A stretch of 64,000 bases of DNA from a virus: IMG/VR virus record IMGVR_UViG_3300037325_000203; one strand, written 5' to 3'. Positions 40,354 through 50,650 of this stretch are shown here, one piece after another (position 1 is the first letter of the stretch; the number at the start of each line of letters is the position of its first letter). Position numbers and translations under genes: made by a program. The notes under the pieces were generated by a model, which had not been told where the DNA came from, made no database searches, and saw only the letters and a list, made by a program, of their open reading frames with translations.

Positions 40354-42381
40354 ATGAAATTAAATCAATTTAGTCAAGTGGTTGCAGAAAACAATGTATA
40401 TGCCGGGATCAATGACACTCTTGACGAGCATACGTCTCAGGTGCCGGAGCCGGGGGATACCATCCGTACAAAGAAGGTACGTATGGAAGGAAGAGTAGAA
40501 CGTCTCGGAACAAATCGCAACGGGCATGAGGAAGTATTTTTCCGACTAGCTGACGGGAGGTTGATGAGATCTTCACTGAGTAATGTCACTGTTATTGAAA
40601 AAATTACAGACGAAGAAATAGGCGAATCTATTAGGTTTGGAAATAATACTCCAGATGTTGACCATATGAACGGGCCTGTGTACAGAGGAGGAGATGCTCC
40701 GCCGATGACTAGGCAACCGCAGCAAAGTACTAATAGAAAGCAGTTTAGTGATTTTGAGAAGTGGAACTCGTATGCGCAACATATCAACAGCGAAGTCTAT
40801 GATGATAATAGTGATATTATCGGTGACAGTTATTCCAGTACATATAGATCACCCGACAACAAGATGTATGCAGAATGGAACAAAGAAAGAAAAATCGGAT
40901 TTGTAACCTTGCCAACCAACGAAGGAGTTACGGGTGGCATTGCAGGTGCAATGGCCGGGGCAGTTGTAAAAAAATCGCCCGGCGGAGCAATGTCCGGATA
41001 CAAAATCGGCAGTAGCATCCAAGACGCAGTGACAAAGGAAGGCTCTGTGGGCGGCATAAATAGATCGGCACCATCAACCGATGTCAGTTACGAAAAAGTA
41101 CTTGATGAAGTTCAGCAAAAATGGCTCGACGAGCAAATGTTATCAGAACTAAGTGTTAATAAAATGAGAGACTTCCAACAAAAAGTAAAGTCACCGGATA
41201 GATTTCGTACTGCGAGTATGAGTCAATTGAGTCGAGATGTCGAAGGAAATGCCCGCGCTTCGCGTAAAATCGCAACAAAAACAGGTGACAGACGTCGAGA
41301 CCCACCTAGAGTAGCAGTTGACGAAGCCGACATTGACTTTTCCCAAATTCTGCAACAGCAACAAAAAGAATATCAAGCAACCAAGAAGATAGCTACTGTG
41401 GATATAGCATATAACGGTTGGACTATTAGGTATCGACCAGCAGCTAAGTCCGGCGAGAAGGTTCGGTGGCAGGCGATGGATGGAAAGGATACCATCAAGG
41501 GTAAAGGCGAGGCCATGACTGATAAAGAAGCTGTGGCTGCTGCAGAGGAATATATTAAAAAGGGTGGTGGAGCAAAAAAAGAATCCAATACAAGCGTTAC
41601 AATCGACTTTAACGTAAACTTTACTAAAGAATTCGGTGATGAGTTTTATTCAAACATCATGGATGATGATGGCGTACCGGCTCTGCTGATATCATACGAG
41701 GATATGAGTGGGATGAAGCGTGCTCATACAAGAAACCAAAAGCATAAGATGACTTCCACTACCACAAGACTTACATCTATACCAATGAGTGCAACGGAAG
41801 CAAACACAGCAGGTCTTAGCCCCAACGGTCGATACTTGCTGGGATCTAAGGAAGACCTCGGTAACGGAATTTCCAAATTTCCTCTGATCTACCAAAGCAC
41901 AGTGCAGGGTAAAGGTGATATGATGAGATTGGGCCGCCCAGGGCTGACAGTTGCACATAACAGAGAGGTAACCGAAGCTTGTTGGAAAGACTATAAGCAA
42001 CTTGGTATGAAAAAGAAAGGCGGTAAGTCCGTGCCTAACTGTGTTCCTAAAACAGACGAAGCATACGAAGGTCCGTGGCAAGGGGATAGTACACAGCTTG
42101 CCAAATCTCCCAAATCCACTATGATGGGAAGTAAAGATGTCCCGTTTGATCAATTGGTGAAAGACACCATTAAGACTCATGGCCTGAAGTGGGCATTCGA
42201 TTATTATGTAAAGAAAAATGGATTATCTCCTAGGCAGTTTCAGATATTTGCTGGTCTGACCACAAAAAGGAAGAACATGCCAGAGGCAGCAAGTGCACAG
42301 ACTGCTGCCGCAACTCCTGCAAGGAGCAAAGACTCTCAGTGGAGGAAAATGGTGGGGAGATTTACAGAAGAAGGATTTTAA
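40354..42381 (+). CDS. Large modular putative internal head protein
   Basis: GATAAATA upstream; short modules following Glu, including ACWKDYKQLGMKKKGGKSVPNCVP. Confidence 0.65.
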   Translation: MKLNQFSQVVAENNVYAGINDTLDEHTSQVPEPGDTIRTKKVRMEGRVERLGTNRNGHEEVFFRLADGRLMRSSLSNVTVIEKITDEEIGESIRFGNNTPDVDHMNGPVYRGGDAPPMTRQPQQSTNRKQFSDFEKWNSYAQHINSEVYDDNSDIIGDSYSSTYRSPDNKMYAEWNKERKIGFVTLPTNEGVTGGIAGAMAGAVVKKSPGGAMSGYKIGSSIQDAVTKEGSVGGINRSAPSTDVSYEKVLDEVQQKWLDEQMLSELSVNKMRDFQQKVKSPDRFRTASMSQLSRDVEGNARASRKIATKTGDRRRDPPRVAVDEADIDFSQILQQQQKEYQATKKIATVDIAYNGWTIRYRPAAKSGEKVRWQAMDGKDTIKGKGEAMTDKEAVAAAEEYIKKGGGAKKESNTSVTIDFNVNFTKEFGDEFYSNIMDDDGVPALLISYEDMSGMKRAHTRNQKHKMTSTTTRLTSIPMSATEANTAGLSPNGRYLLGSKEDLGNGISKFPLIYQSTVQGKGDMMRLGRPGLTVAHNREVTEACWKDYKQLGMKKKGGKSVPNCVPKTDEAYEGPWQGDSTQLAKSPKSTMMGSKDVPFDQLVKDTIKTHGLKWAFDYYVKKNGLSPRQFQIFAGLTTKRKNMPEAASAQTAAATPARSKDSQWRKMVGRFTEEGF

Positions 42382-42389
42382 ATGATCGT

Positions 42390-42420
42390 AAGAAAAGGGT
42401 AGTTAAACTACCCTTTTCTT
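42390..42420. terminator. Bidirectional terminator between convergent genes
   Basis: AAGAAAAGGGTAGTT-a-AACTACCCTTTTCTT. Confidence 0.9.
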
Positions 42421-42432
42421 TTGACAACATAA

Positions 42433-43821
42433 TCAACGCACAGGCATGTTGGATCGTTCACGAATCTCTTCAAATGTAGTTTCATTTACAACTCTGCCGT
42501 CGACGTAGCGAGTAATCAGGTAATCTACTACATCTTTACCGTATGCAAGTCGATTGGTAACAAATTTTCCACTGTCGTCAATGTTGAGCATGAGCCTTCC
42601 TTTCTTGCTTCTCTTCATTTTAGAAGTAATAGGGTCCTTATACACGTCTACCCATTCCCCGTTAATGAATGCTGCTGAACACTTCATTGCAAACTCCAGC
42701 GTGTCGCGGTTTACTATTTGCAGCAAGGCGCCGCCTTGACCAAACGCCACGTTATCGGCACTATATCCTGCAACTTGCATGCAAAACAAGATAGAGTGGA
42801 TCATCGCATGGTCAATACCGTCCCCTTGGATGATTCGGACGTTGTTTAGTACTCTAAACCCCTTACTGTTAACTACATGTCCGAAGTGCTTATCCAAAAT
42901 ACGCAGACATTCGACTACCACCTGACTGGGATTTCCGCTGTCGGGTCGGATCACCACAACTGCGCCGCTGTCAATGACTTGCTGTTTCAGTTCGCCACCC
43001 CAAATCTTATCACATGCATTGAAAATGTCATAACTGTCACTAACAAACGCCACTGGCTGTCCCGGCTTGCCGTATAGCCTCAGCATGTTAGAGTACGACG
43101 CTGCTTCGTTTTCCCTGCCCCAACTGGTGACAGTGCTATGTTCCATTGCAGGAATGCTAAACCCGGACACCGGTGCATCATAGTATTCCATTGCAGCCAT
43201 TACTCCAGACACTGTGTCTGTGCCCATAAAGTTTACCAAGTGGGCCATACCACCGAGTGCAGCACTTTCCATACTAGATACGCCGCGAGCGCCAAAGTCA
43301 TGTAATTTGAAGTTGATGTCCCCGGAAGTACCTGTCTTCTCCAACGCGTCGAGGATCATATCCTTGCTGATTCGACTGTTAGTTGCTACGGTTGTCGGGT
43401 ACCAGATTGCTCGAAGCAGTGCAGTTTCTAAGAAACTAGTGAGCCAGTAGCACCTAGGATCGGTATTAACTACAGACACAAGGACGTTCTTTAGATACAT
43501 AACGCTGCCTTCGTCTACCGACTTAATCTCCACCGGCAGATACCCACCCAGGGTGTTTACGATGTACATCCAGTCATCATAGTTAAATGGCTCACCATGA
43601 AGTGCCATAACGTCGCGTGCTTGCTCGACCATTGCGCGTGTAACGGGAGTAGTCATGTACTCGCGGATGAATGCTTGCACACCCATGAATACTAACTTGT
43701 TGTATTTTCCACCGCGTGATTCAATATATGAATATACGTACTTAGTGCCTTCTGGATATTGTTTCCATTGGCTGTACTTGTAACTGTCTGAATTTAATAC
43801 AATGTTTTTTGCGAATTTCAT
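42433..43821 (-). CDS. nadV: Nicotinamide phosphoribosyltransferase
   Basis: DSYK, WYPTTVAT, LHDFGARG, EHS, SDSYD, IRPDSG, IQGDG, KSA/KKG region. Confidence 0.96.
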   Translation of the reverse strand: MKFAKNIVLNSDSYKYSQWKQYPEGTKYVYSYIESRGGKYNKLVFMGVQAFIREYMTTPVTRAMVEQARDVMALHGEPFNYDDWMYIVNTLGGYLPVEIKSVDEGSVMYLKNVLVSVVNTDPRCYWLTSFLETALLRAIWYPTTVATNSRISKDMILDALEKTGTSGDINFKLHDFGARGVSSMESAALGGMAHLVNFMGTDTVSGVMAAMEYYDAPVSGFSIPAMEHSTVTSWGRENEAASYSNMLRLYGKPGQPVAFVSDSYDIFNACDKIWGGELKQQVIDSGAVVVIRPDSGNPSQVVVECLRILDKHFGHVVNSKGFRVLNNVRIIQGDGIDHAMIHSILFCMQVAGYSADNVAFGQGGALLQIVNRDTLEFAMKCSAAFINGEWVDVYKDPITSKMKRSKKGRLMLNIDDSGKFVTNRLAYGKDVVDYLITRYVDGRVVNETTFEEIRERSNMPVR

Positions 43822-43866
43822 AATGATAATCTCCTTATCGTTAATTGCCCAACTCTCTGTTAGGAC
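43822..43866 (-). promoter_or_regulatory. Two-hairpin leader of nadV
   Basis: CCUAAC-AGAGA-GUUGGG then GAUAA-GGAGA-UUAUC enclosing the SD. Confidence 0.55.
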
Positions 43867-43871
43867 TTCCT

Positions 43872-44102
43872 CTATATTAATACTGACTTCAGTATTAATA
43901 CAACCTTTTCCTCATCGGATATATGCCATGATGTGCATATACCCATGCGATTTTTTAAATCGTGTGCTATATTACCGGAAATAGAATAGATCTTGTCTGC
44001 ATTGGAAGCTCGGTTCCGCTTTGCGTGGACATAAGGCCAACAAAACTCCAGTCCTGTGATATTTTCTCTACAAAGCAATGCCGGGGCCATCCCGCTATTC
44101 AC
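43872..44102 (-). CDS. Hypothetical protein
   Basis: Short ORF, start uncertain. Confidence 0.35.
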   Translation of the reverse strand: MNSGMAPALLCRENITGLEFCWPYVHAKRNRASNADKIYSISGNIAHDLKNRMGICTSWHISDEEKVVLILKSVLI

Positions 44103-44128
44103 AACACTTGTGGAGTATTCATAGATAA

Positions 44129-44449
44129 TTATTTTGACTTAATTGCTGCCAATTCATCCGGAGTAAGTCTTGCAAGGACTGCTACTTTAAGTACCCTTAG
44201 TCTTTCTTTCTCTCGGTCCGCGGCTTCGTATTTGGCAATTCTTGCTTTTTCTCTCTTGTCTGCCGCCTTGTGATTGGACCACCACTCATGGATTTCTGGA
44301 TCTTTTAGTAACAAAAATTCTGCACCGTCGTTCGTATCCTCGATATGCTGCAAGGCTTTGCATGCAATTCTGGAAAGCATGTTATTTAAATTCCGCAAGG
44401 TAGTGGGCAGGTCACTATTGTTATCTTCTTCGTAACTACGACATGGCAT
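44129..44449 (-). CDS. Hypothetical phage protein
   Basis: MPC start, EWW..HK..D, LTPDEL; strong SD. Confidence 0.65.
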   Translation of the reverse strand: MPCRSYEEDNNSDLPTTLRNLNNMLSRIACKALQHIEDTNDGAEFLLLKDPEIHEWWSNHKAADKREKARIAKYEAADREKERLRVLKVAVLARLTPDELAAIKSK

Positions 44450-44483
44450 GTTAATCTCCTTAAATTAGCCGATCTACGGTTTA

Positions 44484-44723
44484 TTAATTACTATCTCTGA
44501 TTGGGACACTTTTGCTAATTTGGCAGCAGTGCGCCAATGAAAATGCAATAGCATCCTGTTCTATTTCAAATTTTAAATGGGAGTGGACAAGATCGGTATC
44601 TCTATCGTTCCATCCGCCACTAAAATAGTCCACTTCTATTGCCCCACTCTGTAGGAGCCATTTGCCCAGCTCAGCATGATCTTTTCGCCCATTCAGCCGA
44701 GGTATTTTGACATAATAACTCAT
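44484..44723 (-). CDS. Small protein of the paralogous family
   Basis: Likely start MSYYVK; KWL...LKFEIEQDAIAFSL. Confidence 0.55.
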   Translation of the reverse strand: MSYYVKIPRLNGRKDHAELGKWLLQSGAIEVDYFSGGWNDRDTDLVHSHLKFEIEQDAIAFSLAHCCQISKSVPIRDSN

Positions 44724-44733
44724 TTCTGATCCT

Positions 44734-45777
44734 TTATTTACGGCTGCGCGCCACCATTGTTTCAATGATATGTGCATGATCGCCGTAGAGCTGTTCGGCA
44801 ATCTCTGATACTTCAGCTAATGTAAACCACTTTGCAATTTTTGCATCATCACTACCTTTAACCCTTGGTAATGTACCATCACCGCCGTCTAGTTCGATTA
44901 GATATGCATGAGTAATTACTCGGCCTCGGAGATCTCGATCCGGATGATCAAACTTCGTATCGTAAGTAATTGCCTTACGCAATACAATCTCAGGAACCTT
45001 AATTTTAGTTTCTTCACGAAGTTCTCTGATAACACCGTCTTCTAGAGTCTCTCTGGGATTAAGGAAGCCTCCGGGAAGTGCCCATAGGCCCCGTCCCGGA
45101 GAGTGCCCTCGTTGGATGAGCAGGATATGCCCGCCTTGAACCACAACTGCATCTACAGTATGCATGATACTAGGAAATTTCTTAGGATCATACCCCTTAT
45201 AGAAATTATATTCCTCAATTAGGTCTTTAAACCCAGCGTCAGTGGTGAATTTGGTCAAACAGTCGAATACTGTCGCCGGAACTGCTCCGCGAATAAAATC
45301 TAAGTGTCCTTCGAACAGGAGTTCTCGAATTTTTGTGGCATCGATAGGCACAGATCCTACTTCGACAAATCCGCCCACATCAATAAAGTCCCATGCAGGG
45401 AATGCGTGATTGTACCAGCTAGAGTCATCCTTATCGTACCCCATGATACAAATCTGGCTATCACTTACGTCTAAACTATCACCTTTTACCACCCGCTGAA
45501 CTTCTCGAATCCAGTTATTGTTGCTGTATTTGTGATCCCTAAGCGGATAGGTTTCGAAGTTTCTGAAGGGAGACTCACGCAATAGTGTGTGAGTAATAAT
45601 TGTACTGCGCTGATCGTAGGTCAGAGGATTCTTAGGTGTGGATGGCTGGAAGGAACTTCCAATTAAAAATAACACACGATCGGCAATGCCGAATGCATGC
45701 TTTAAGTTACGGAGATGTCCGTTGTGAAATGGCTCGAATCTGCCGATAAGTACGGCTACTTTATATTTCTTTGTCAT
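44734..45777 (-). CDS. nadM: Bifunctional NMN adenylyltransferase/ADP-ribose pyrophosphatase (NadM-Nudix)
   Basis: [13 protein letters not shown], Nudix box ALPGGF...RELREET, SDDA, DH. Confidence 0.96.
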   Translation of the reverse strand: MTKKYKVAVLIGRFEPFHNGHLRNLKHAFGIADRVLFLIGSSFQPSTPKNPLTYDQRSTIITHTLLRESPFRNFETYPLRDHKYSNNNWIREVQRVVKGDSLDVSDSQICIMGYDKDDSSWYNHAFPAWDFIDVGGFVEVGSVPIDATKIRELLFEGHLDFIRGAVPATVFDCLTKFTTDAGFKDLIEEYNFYKGYDPKKFPSIMHTVDAVVVQGGHILLIQRGHSPGRGLWALPGGFLNPRETLEDGVIRELREETKIKVPEIVLRKAITYDTKFDHPDRDLRGRVITHAYLIELDGGDGTLPRVKGSDDAKIAKWFTLAEVSEIAEQLYGDHAHIIETMVARSRK

Positions 45778-45822
45778 ATTTGGCTCCCAAATAAGGTTGA
45801 TTAGTAGAAGTCTGTCTCTACT
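45778..45822 (-). promoter_or_regulatory. Two-hairpin leader of nadM
   Basis: AGUAGAG-ACAGA-C(U)UCUACU then UAUUUGG-GAG-CCAAAUA sequestering the SD. Confidence 0.55.
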
Positions 45823-45872
45823 TTGTATTTAGCATTTACTTTAACATTTACCAACAATGTTAGTCAACATTG

Positions 45873-46166
45873 TCAACAGTCGCCCTTGAGTCTGTTAACT
45901 ATTTTCTGTGCATCTTTGTCTATCATATCTTTATATGCTCTCCATGCACTGATATTGGCTCTGCATAGGTAAACAATCACCATAGTAACCACTACAAGGA
46001 TCGCAAGTAAACCACACAAAACAACCATGTACACTACACCTACAAAACCACCTAATACCGCCGAAACAGTTATACAGAGTGTAAGTAGAATAAGTTCCAA
46101 CGTCATCTGGGCATCTGATCCCATATGCTTCCACCAAAATGGTATAAATTTAGATATACTTTTCAT
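45873..46166 (-). CDS. Two-TM membrane protein
   Basis: Hydrophobic segments; WW near the N-terminus and LKG at the C-terminus, as in its neighbour. Confidence 0.6.
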   Translation of the reverse strand: MKSISKFIPFWWKHMGSDAQMTLELILLTLCITVSAVLGGFVGVVYMVVLCGLLAILVVVTMVIVYLCRANISAWRAYKDMIDKDAQKIVNRLKGDC

Positions 46167-46453
46167 AGTTTCCCTTTCAGTTTTAAAATAATTATTTCAG
46201 CTTCGGTAGGATTCTCTTCCCTGTATATAGAATACTGGCGCCGAGCCGTCTCGATCAGCGTTCGAATGCCCACATATGATATTACGAGGGACATAGGTGC
46301 ATATAACAGAAATATGGAATTTGCGCCTAACCAGCCGCCGGGCCCTGCAGCTACGAGTGCTATCCCAATAATTATAGTTGGTAATATGATCGAGGACGTC
46401 GATTGCGTAATACCATCCAGGCGTTCCCACCACCATCTCATAAACTTAAACAT
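46163..46453 (-). CDS. Two-TM membrane protein, possible paralogue of 45873-46166
   Basis: Same layout: WWW, two TM segments, KLKG. Confidence 0.6.
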   Translation of the reverse strand: MFKFMRWWWERLDGITQSTSSIILPTIIIGIALVAAGPGGWLGANSIFLLYAPMSLVISYVGIRTLIETARRQYSIYREENPTEAEIIILKLKGKL

Positions 46454-46775
46454 CTTCTTCCCCGGGTGTACATTCTATGATCTCGATGAAATCATCTTCC
46501 AATAACAGCACTAGTTCAGAACTTTCGGTCGATTTCGGAAATGGAAGCGGTATCGACCCTTCCTTATGTTTTTCGTACTTGTATTTAGGAACAATGTTAG
46601 CCGAGACAAATTTCCCGGTGGACTCGGCTAACATTAATTCCGTGTAAGCACTGTTCGGCACTTCGGCATAGTCGTAAGTTGCTCCGCCCTTAAAAGTAAT
46701 ACTCAAGACCTGAGTAGAAACATCATATGCAGCCGACTTTATAGAAGAACTACGTTCAAACATGATTTTTGTCAT
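46446..46775 (-). CDS. KTSC-domain protein
   Basis: SSSIKSAAYD...L.ITFKGG.YDY..VP...L..AESTGKF. Confidence 0.9.
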   Translation of the reverse strand: MTKIMFERSSSIKSAAYDVSTQVLSITFKGGATYDYAEVPNSAYTELMLAESTGKFVSANIVPKYKYEKHKEGSIPLPFPKSTESSELVLLLEDDFIEIIECTPGEEDV

Positions 46776-47533
46776 TTAAACTCCATAAATTTGTCTAATT
46801 TAAACACAGATTTGCTGTGCAAAACAACCGCACCAGACAAAAATCCGCCCTTGCCGCAGCCCGTGTCCAAAAAGACTGTCTTTCCACCACTCGAGCTCTC
46901 GACTATCATAGGTTCTGTTATAGAAACATTGTTAATGGGTTTTCTGTCATGCCCTACAATGATAGTTTTACCTGACGGAACTTCTTCGATCCAGTTGTAT
47001 AACCTGATTGGATACCCATCTTCGTCTAGTTCGTTCACAGTCTCGCCGTATAAGAATCTAGAAGTTGCTTTTCCACCGATGTTAATCGGGTCTGCCCACA
47101 AACATGGATGAGATGCGGCGTGGACCAATCTTATGTCACCGAACTTGTGAAATGCCCCGGCCAACATACTATCTTCTACTACAGAAGTGTACATGTCTAA
47201 AAATTTCTGTCGTCTGTCTGGGCCCACTAACTCTAAAGTCCGGCGGTTGTCGTCAGAACATGTAACAGTTCTGCCTTTGTGCAACCGCACAAACTTACTA
47301 TCATGGTTGCCCACTGTCATTCCAGCATGGCCAGAGTCCATTCGTTCATACATGGCTTCTATTACTTCGTATGGGCTATCTCCACGGTCGACTAAATCGC
47401 CTAAGGACATAAAAAAGAAATTTTCACTGATTGCAAAATCCAATGCCATACTGAAAGATCGGAAGTCGGAATGGACATCTCCCACTACCAACATACCGTC
47501 ATAGCTACTTACATGGTCTTCTAAACTAAACAT
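46772..47533 (-). CDS. Calcineurin-like metallophosphoesterase (PrpE/Pnkp-phosphatase-like)
   Basis: GDVH, GDLVDRG, GNHD, VHA, GH, DTGC. Confidence 0.92.
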   Translation of the reverse strand: MFSLEDHVSSYDGMLVVGDVHSDFRSFSMALDFAISENFFFMSLGDLVDRGDSPYEVIEAMYERMDSGHAGMTVGNHDSKFVRLHKGRTVTCSDDNRRTLELVGPDRRQKFLDMYTSVVEDSMLAGAFHKFGDIRLVHAASHPCLWADPINIGGKATSRFLYGETVNELDEDGYPIRLYNWIEEVPSGKTIIVGHDRKPINNVSITEPMIVESSSGGKTVFLDTGCGKGGFLSGAVVLHSKSVFKLDKFMEFK

Positions 47534-47549
47534 TTAATTCCTTCTAAAT

Positions 47550-48308
47550 TTACGTCCAAAGTGCCTCTCGAATTTTAATGAGGCGTATTAACATTTCGCT
47601 ATCTTCTTCATCCCATTTTTTTTCTAAAATACCTATGTCATCCATCACCATATTATGCTCTATATAATCTGCTGCAGATTTGTCAAAATCGTCGTCTATA
47701 CAGGCTAGCATACCAAGTTGTTGGTTGTCATATCCGAGTATTGTGGGGTATTTCCTGCCTGGCCGGTTAATCCACCAAGTGTATAGAACCATCATCTCTC
47801 TGGCGGCAACGGCCTGGTGATTGCATCTCTCGTTCAGCGGCAGCGCTGGGTCATCTAGGGAAGCAGCCCACTCCAGATGTTTTATACCTAACTCAGCAGA
47901 ACTCCAGTTTCTAAACAAAATACCCGAAGGAACAAATATGTGCCACCATTTTCTATGTTCAGTGTGGTCATATTGACTCCATGCTTGCTCTACTTCGATG
48001 AAGTGTTTAAACAGATTAAAGTTTACATTCAATATTTGCTGAGACACCGAGTAATATCCCGGTGAAAGCCCTGTGTCTAAGATATGGTACTTATCATAGG
48101 TTCTGTATCGAACATATTCGCTTACCGCCGAGTACATGTGCATGGTCTTATGCCGAATGGGCATTCGCACATAGTGTTTGATCCAATACCTAATCGGAGC
48201 ATTTTCTTTATATTCTGCCTTAAATAATCTCCATCCCTTACTCGTTAAGGAGCACGGCGGATTATAATTCAGCCAGGCTCCTAGTTTCTGTAAGTTTTTT
48301 TTAAACAT
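47550..48308 (-). CDS. Hypothetical phage protein
   Basis: 252-aa ORF ending LIRLIKIREALWT; TTGACT-17-TATAAT at 48314-48342. Confidence 0.65.
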   Translation of the reverse strand: MFKKNLQKLGAWLNYNPPCSLTSKGWRLFKAEYKENAPIRYWIKHYVRMPIRHKTMHMYSAVSEYVRYRTYDKYHILDTGLSPGYYSVSQQILNVNFNLFKHFIEVEQAWSQYDHTEHRKWWHIFVPSGILFRNWSSAELGIKHLEWAASLDDPALPLNERCNHQAVAAREMMVLYTWWINRPGRKYPTILGYDNQQLGMLACIDDDFDKSAADYIEHNMVMDDIGILEKKWDEEDSEMLIRLIKIREALWT

Positions 48309-48349
48309 GCCACATTATATCTGGCATGTTACGCAGAGTCAACAGGATG

Positions 48350-48541
48350 TTAAGTTATTCCCCTAGAGACAAAAGAATTTAGTTTATCTGCTTCTGCTAT
48401 CACTTCTTCGGTAGTTGGCGACGTTTGTTGATTATTACCGTTGGCAACATCAGCAGCAAGATGTTTTGCTGAAAGTACATCAAGTGATAGTTGCAAGAGT
48501 CTAAGTCTAATTTCGTATGGGGTCATGTTAATTGTTTTCAT
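48350..48541 (-). CDS. Small hypothetical phage protein
   Basis: MTPYEIRL...PTTEEVIAEADKLNSFVS. Confidence 0.65.
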   Translation of the reverse strand: MKTINMTPYEIRLRLLQLSLDVLSAKHLAADVANGNNQQTSPTTEEVIAEADKLNSFVSRGIT

Positions 48542-48548
48542 TAATGTG

Positions 48549-48860
48549 TTATTTTATAATCGAGCCTTTTTGGGGTAATGCTATGCCAGTGGTCACACTT
48601 TCATATTGCCCTTCGAGCTCTGCAACTGGATCAGTTTTAACTAATACCGATGCTTTGTTAAGAGGTAATGCCTTTTTTGGATCTGCCATCATTAAAAATG
48701 GGGCAAATTGCATACCTTTCTGGGTAGCAACCATACATAATGGCTGCTCGATAAGCCAAGCCATAGGCATTTCTCCTACGACCTTACAAATCATTTCTTC
48801 TCCTGTGCTTACTTTGAATACTGAAATATAAGGAAAGTCTTTCTGTGGTTGTGTTAGCAT
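48549..48860 (-). CDS. Sm/SH3-like small phage protein
   Basis: FKVSTGEEMICK...QP...FAPF...YESVTTGI. Confidence 0.6.
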   Translation of the reverse strand: MLTQPQKDFPYISVFKVSTGEEMICKVVGEMPMAWLIEQPLCMVATQKGMQFAPFLMMADPKKALPLNKASVLVKTDPVAELEGQYESVTTGIALPQKGSIIK

Positions 48861-48871
48861 TTATTTTCTCT

Positions 48872-50650
48872 TTATGTTGTTTTAGATTTATTCCAAATAT
48901 AGGCGTTTGTACCGCAGTCCCAAACCCTATCAAACCCATTGGCTTGCATGTTCTGCCATTCGGTAAGCAACGGGTCATATGTAGATGATACGTCGACAAG
49001 CTTATGTTTTTGATATTTTACACGATTCTCGAATTTTATGTAATCTTTCGTATACAAATAGGACGGCGGGCTAACATGAGAAAAATTAAATCCTATTAAT
49101 TCATACATGTTGCCGGTATTTCTCATCTTATCCGAGTAAGATATAACACTCAAAGGATTGCAGCGTTTAACAAAATTCTTAAATAGTCTAGATGCGCCGC
49201 CGACTACATTTGTAAATTGCAACGAACAGTACCTTAACAACTCGTAATCCACATTCTTGTTAAATCTAGATTTACCAAATGTCATTATTGCCGTCAGTAC
49301 ATTGTCATTGTATAGCCCTAAATTTATGGCAGACGGGCAGTTCCCCTGGATATGATTATTATTTAAAAATTCTGCTGTATTAAACTTCGACACCACAGAT
49401 AGCTCGCACTTTCGAGCATAAATTCGCAAATTTAAGCCTAGTCTCGAAGATATTCGAGACTTGATCAGCTCTTGTTTTTTTTTCCACTCATGCTCCCATA
49501 TGTGAATTAGCTCTATGCCGGCATCGGTGCATGCTTTAGTTTTTGTTAAGTGATAATTTTTGTCTTTTCCATTTAGTTCGCTATGCCAATATGACCCGTT
49601 ACACTCGACAGCAATTTTTAAGTCCGGGAGATAGATATCCAACTCCCCCGGACTAATAACTGTTTTCGTATTTAATACAATGTCGCAATCTGTAATGCCA
49701 GTAATGTAATGTTTTACACTTTGTTCAAATAACGAATTGCTGTGTTTTTTGTAAATTAATCCGTGTTTAGTAAAATATTGAGATACTGTCCTGACTGTTA
49801 CACTAAGTTCGTCTGCGATAGATGATATGCTTTTTGTGGAATTTTCGTTAGTTAACCACGTTGCAGATTGTAATTTATCAAGTGTACCGGGCTGCAATGA
49901 TATTTGCCCTGGATTCATCACCGTGTGCGTATTATATAATGTTGCCTGCATTTTACTTAACACAGCAGGCGACGATGCAGGCGATGGTCCGTCGTATCTG
50001 GATATATTTGTATTCCTTATTTGCTCTCTAATTGACGAGTCGTGCATAACGTTATCGACACCGTACTTATTTAAAATTGTCTGTTTTGATTTATTTGTGA
50101 TTTCGGTATTATGAAATACGCAACTGTTGCCGTACCGTTCATAATTTGTAGCACGAATCTTTTCTAATAACTCGGGAGAGTGCACAGCATGTTCTACGCC
50201 GTACCTGTCGAGCATTGTTTTTTTTACTTTAGCTGCTACTGCCGTTGATTTTCTGGGATTATCGACTCCATACTTAATAAGGCAGGTCTCGCGGGTAGCA
50301 GATCTGACAGATGTATCCATACGGGCGCATTTAACCGAGCAAAATCGGTTATAGCAGGACGTTTGGGATTTCCATTTAGTATTTTTACCACATGCACATG
50401 TCGGTATAGCCGATATCCCTTGCTTTATGTGCTGAAATGCTACACCTAATTTGTCTATCCCTAGTTCCCTGGCATATTCTAGGACTTCTTTGTATAACCG
50501 GACATTTGATCTAAGTAATGGCACGTTTAAAGCACCATTACTTTTCACATGTGATGGTATCAATGAATTATATAATTCAGAAATTGTCCCATCCATCGAC
50601 CGCCTCGCTCCTAGAATATTCTGTAACTTTAGTTTCGAAAAAGTTTTCAC
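48872..50650 (-). mobile_element. Free-standing Hef-like homing endonuclease gene downstream of nrdB (alternative start 50596)
   Basis: KYGVDN-type repeats, ELDIYLP..KIAVECNGSYWH, IHIWE, GGASRL, VWDCG. Confidence 0.8.
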
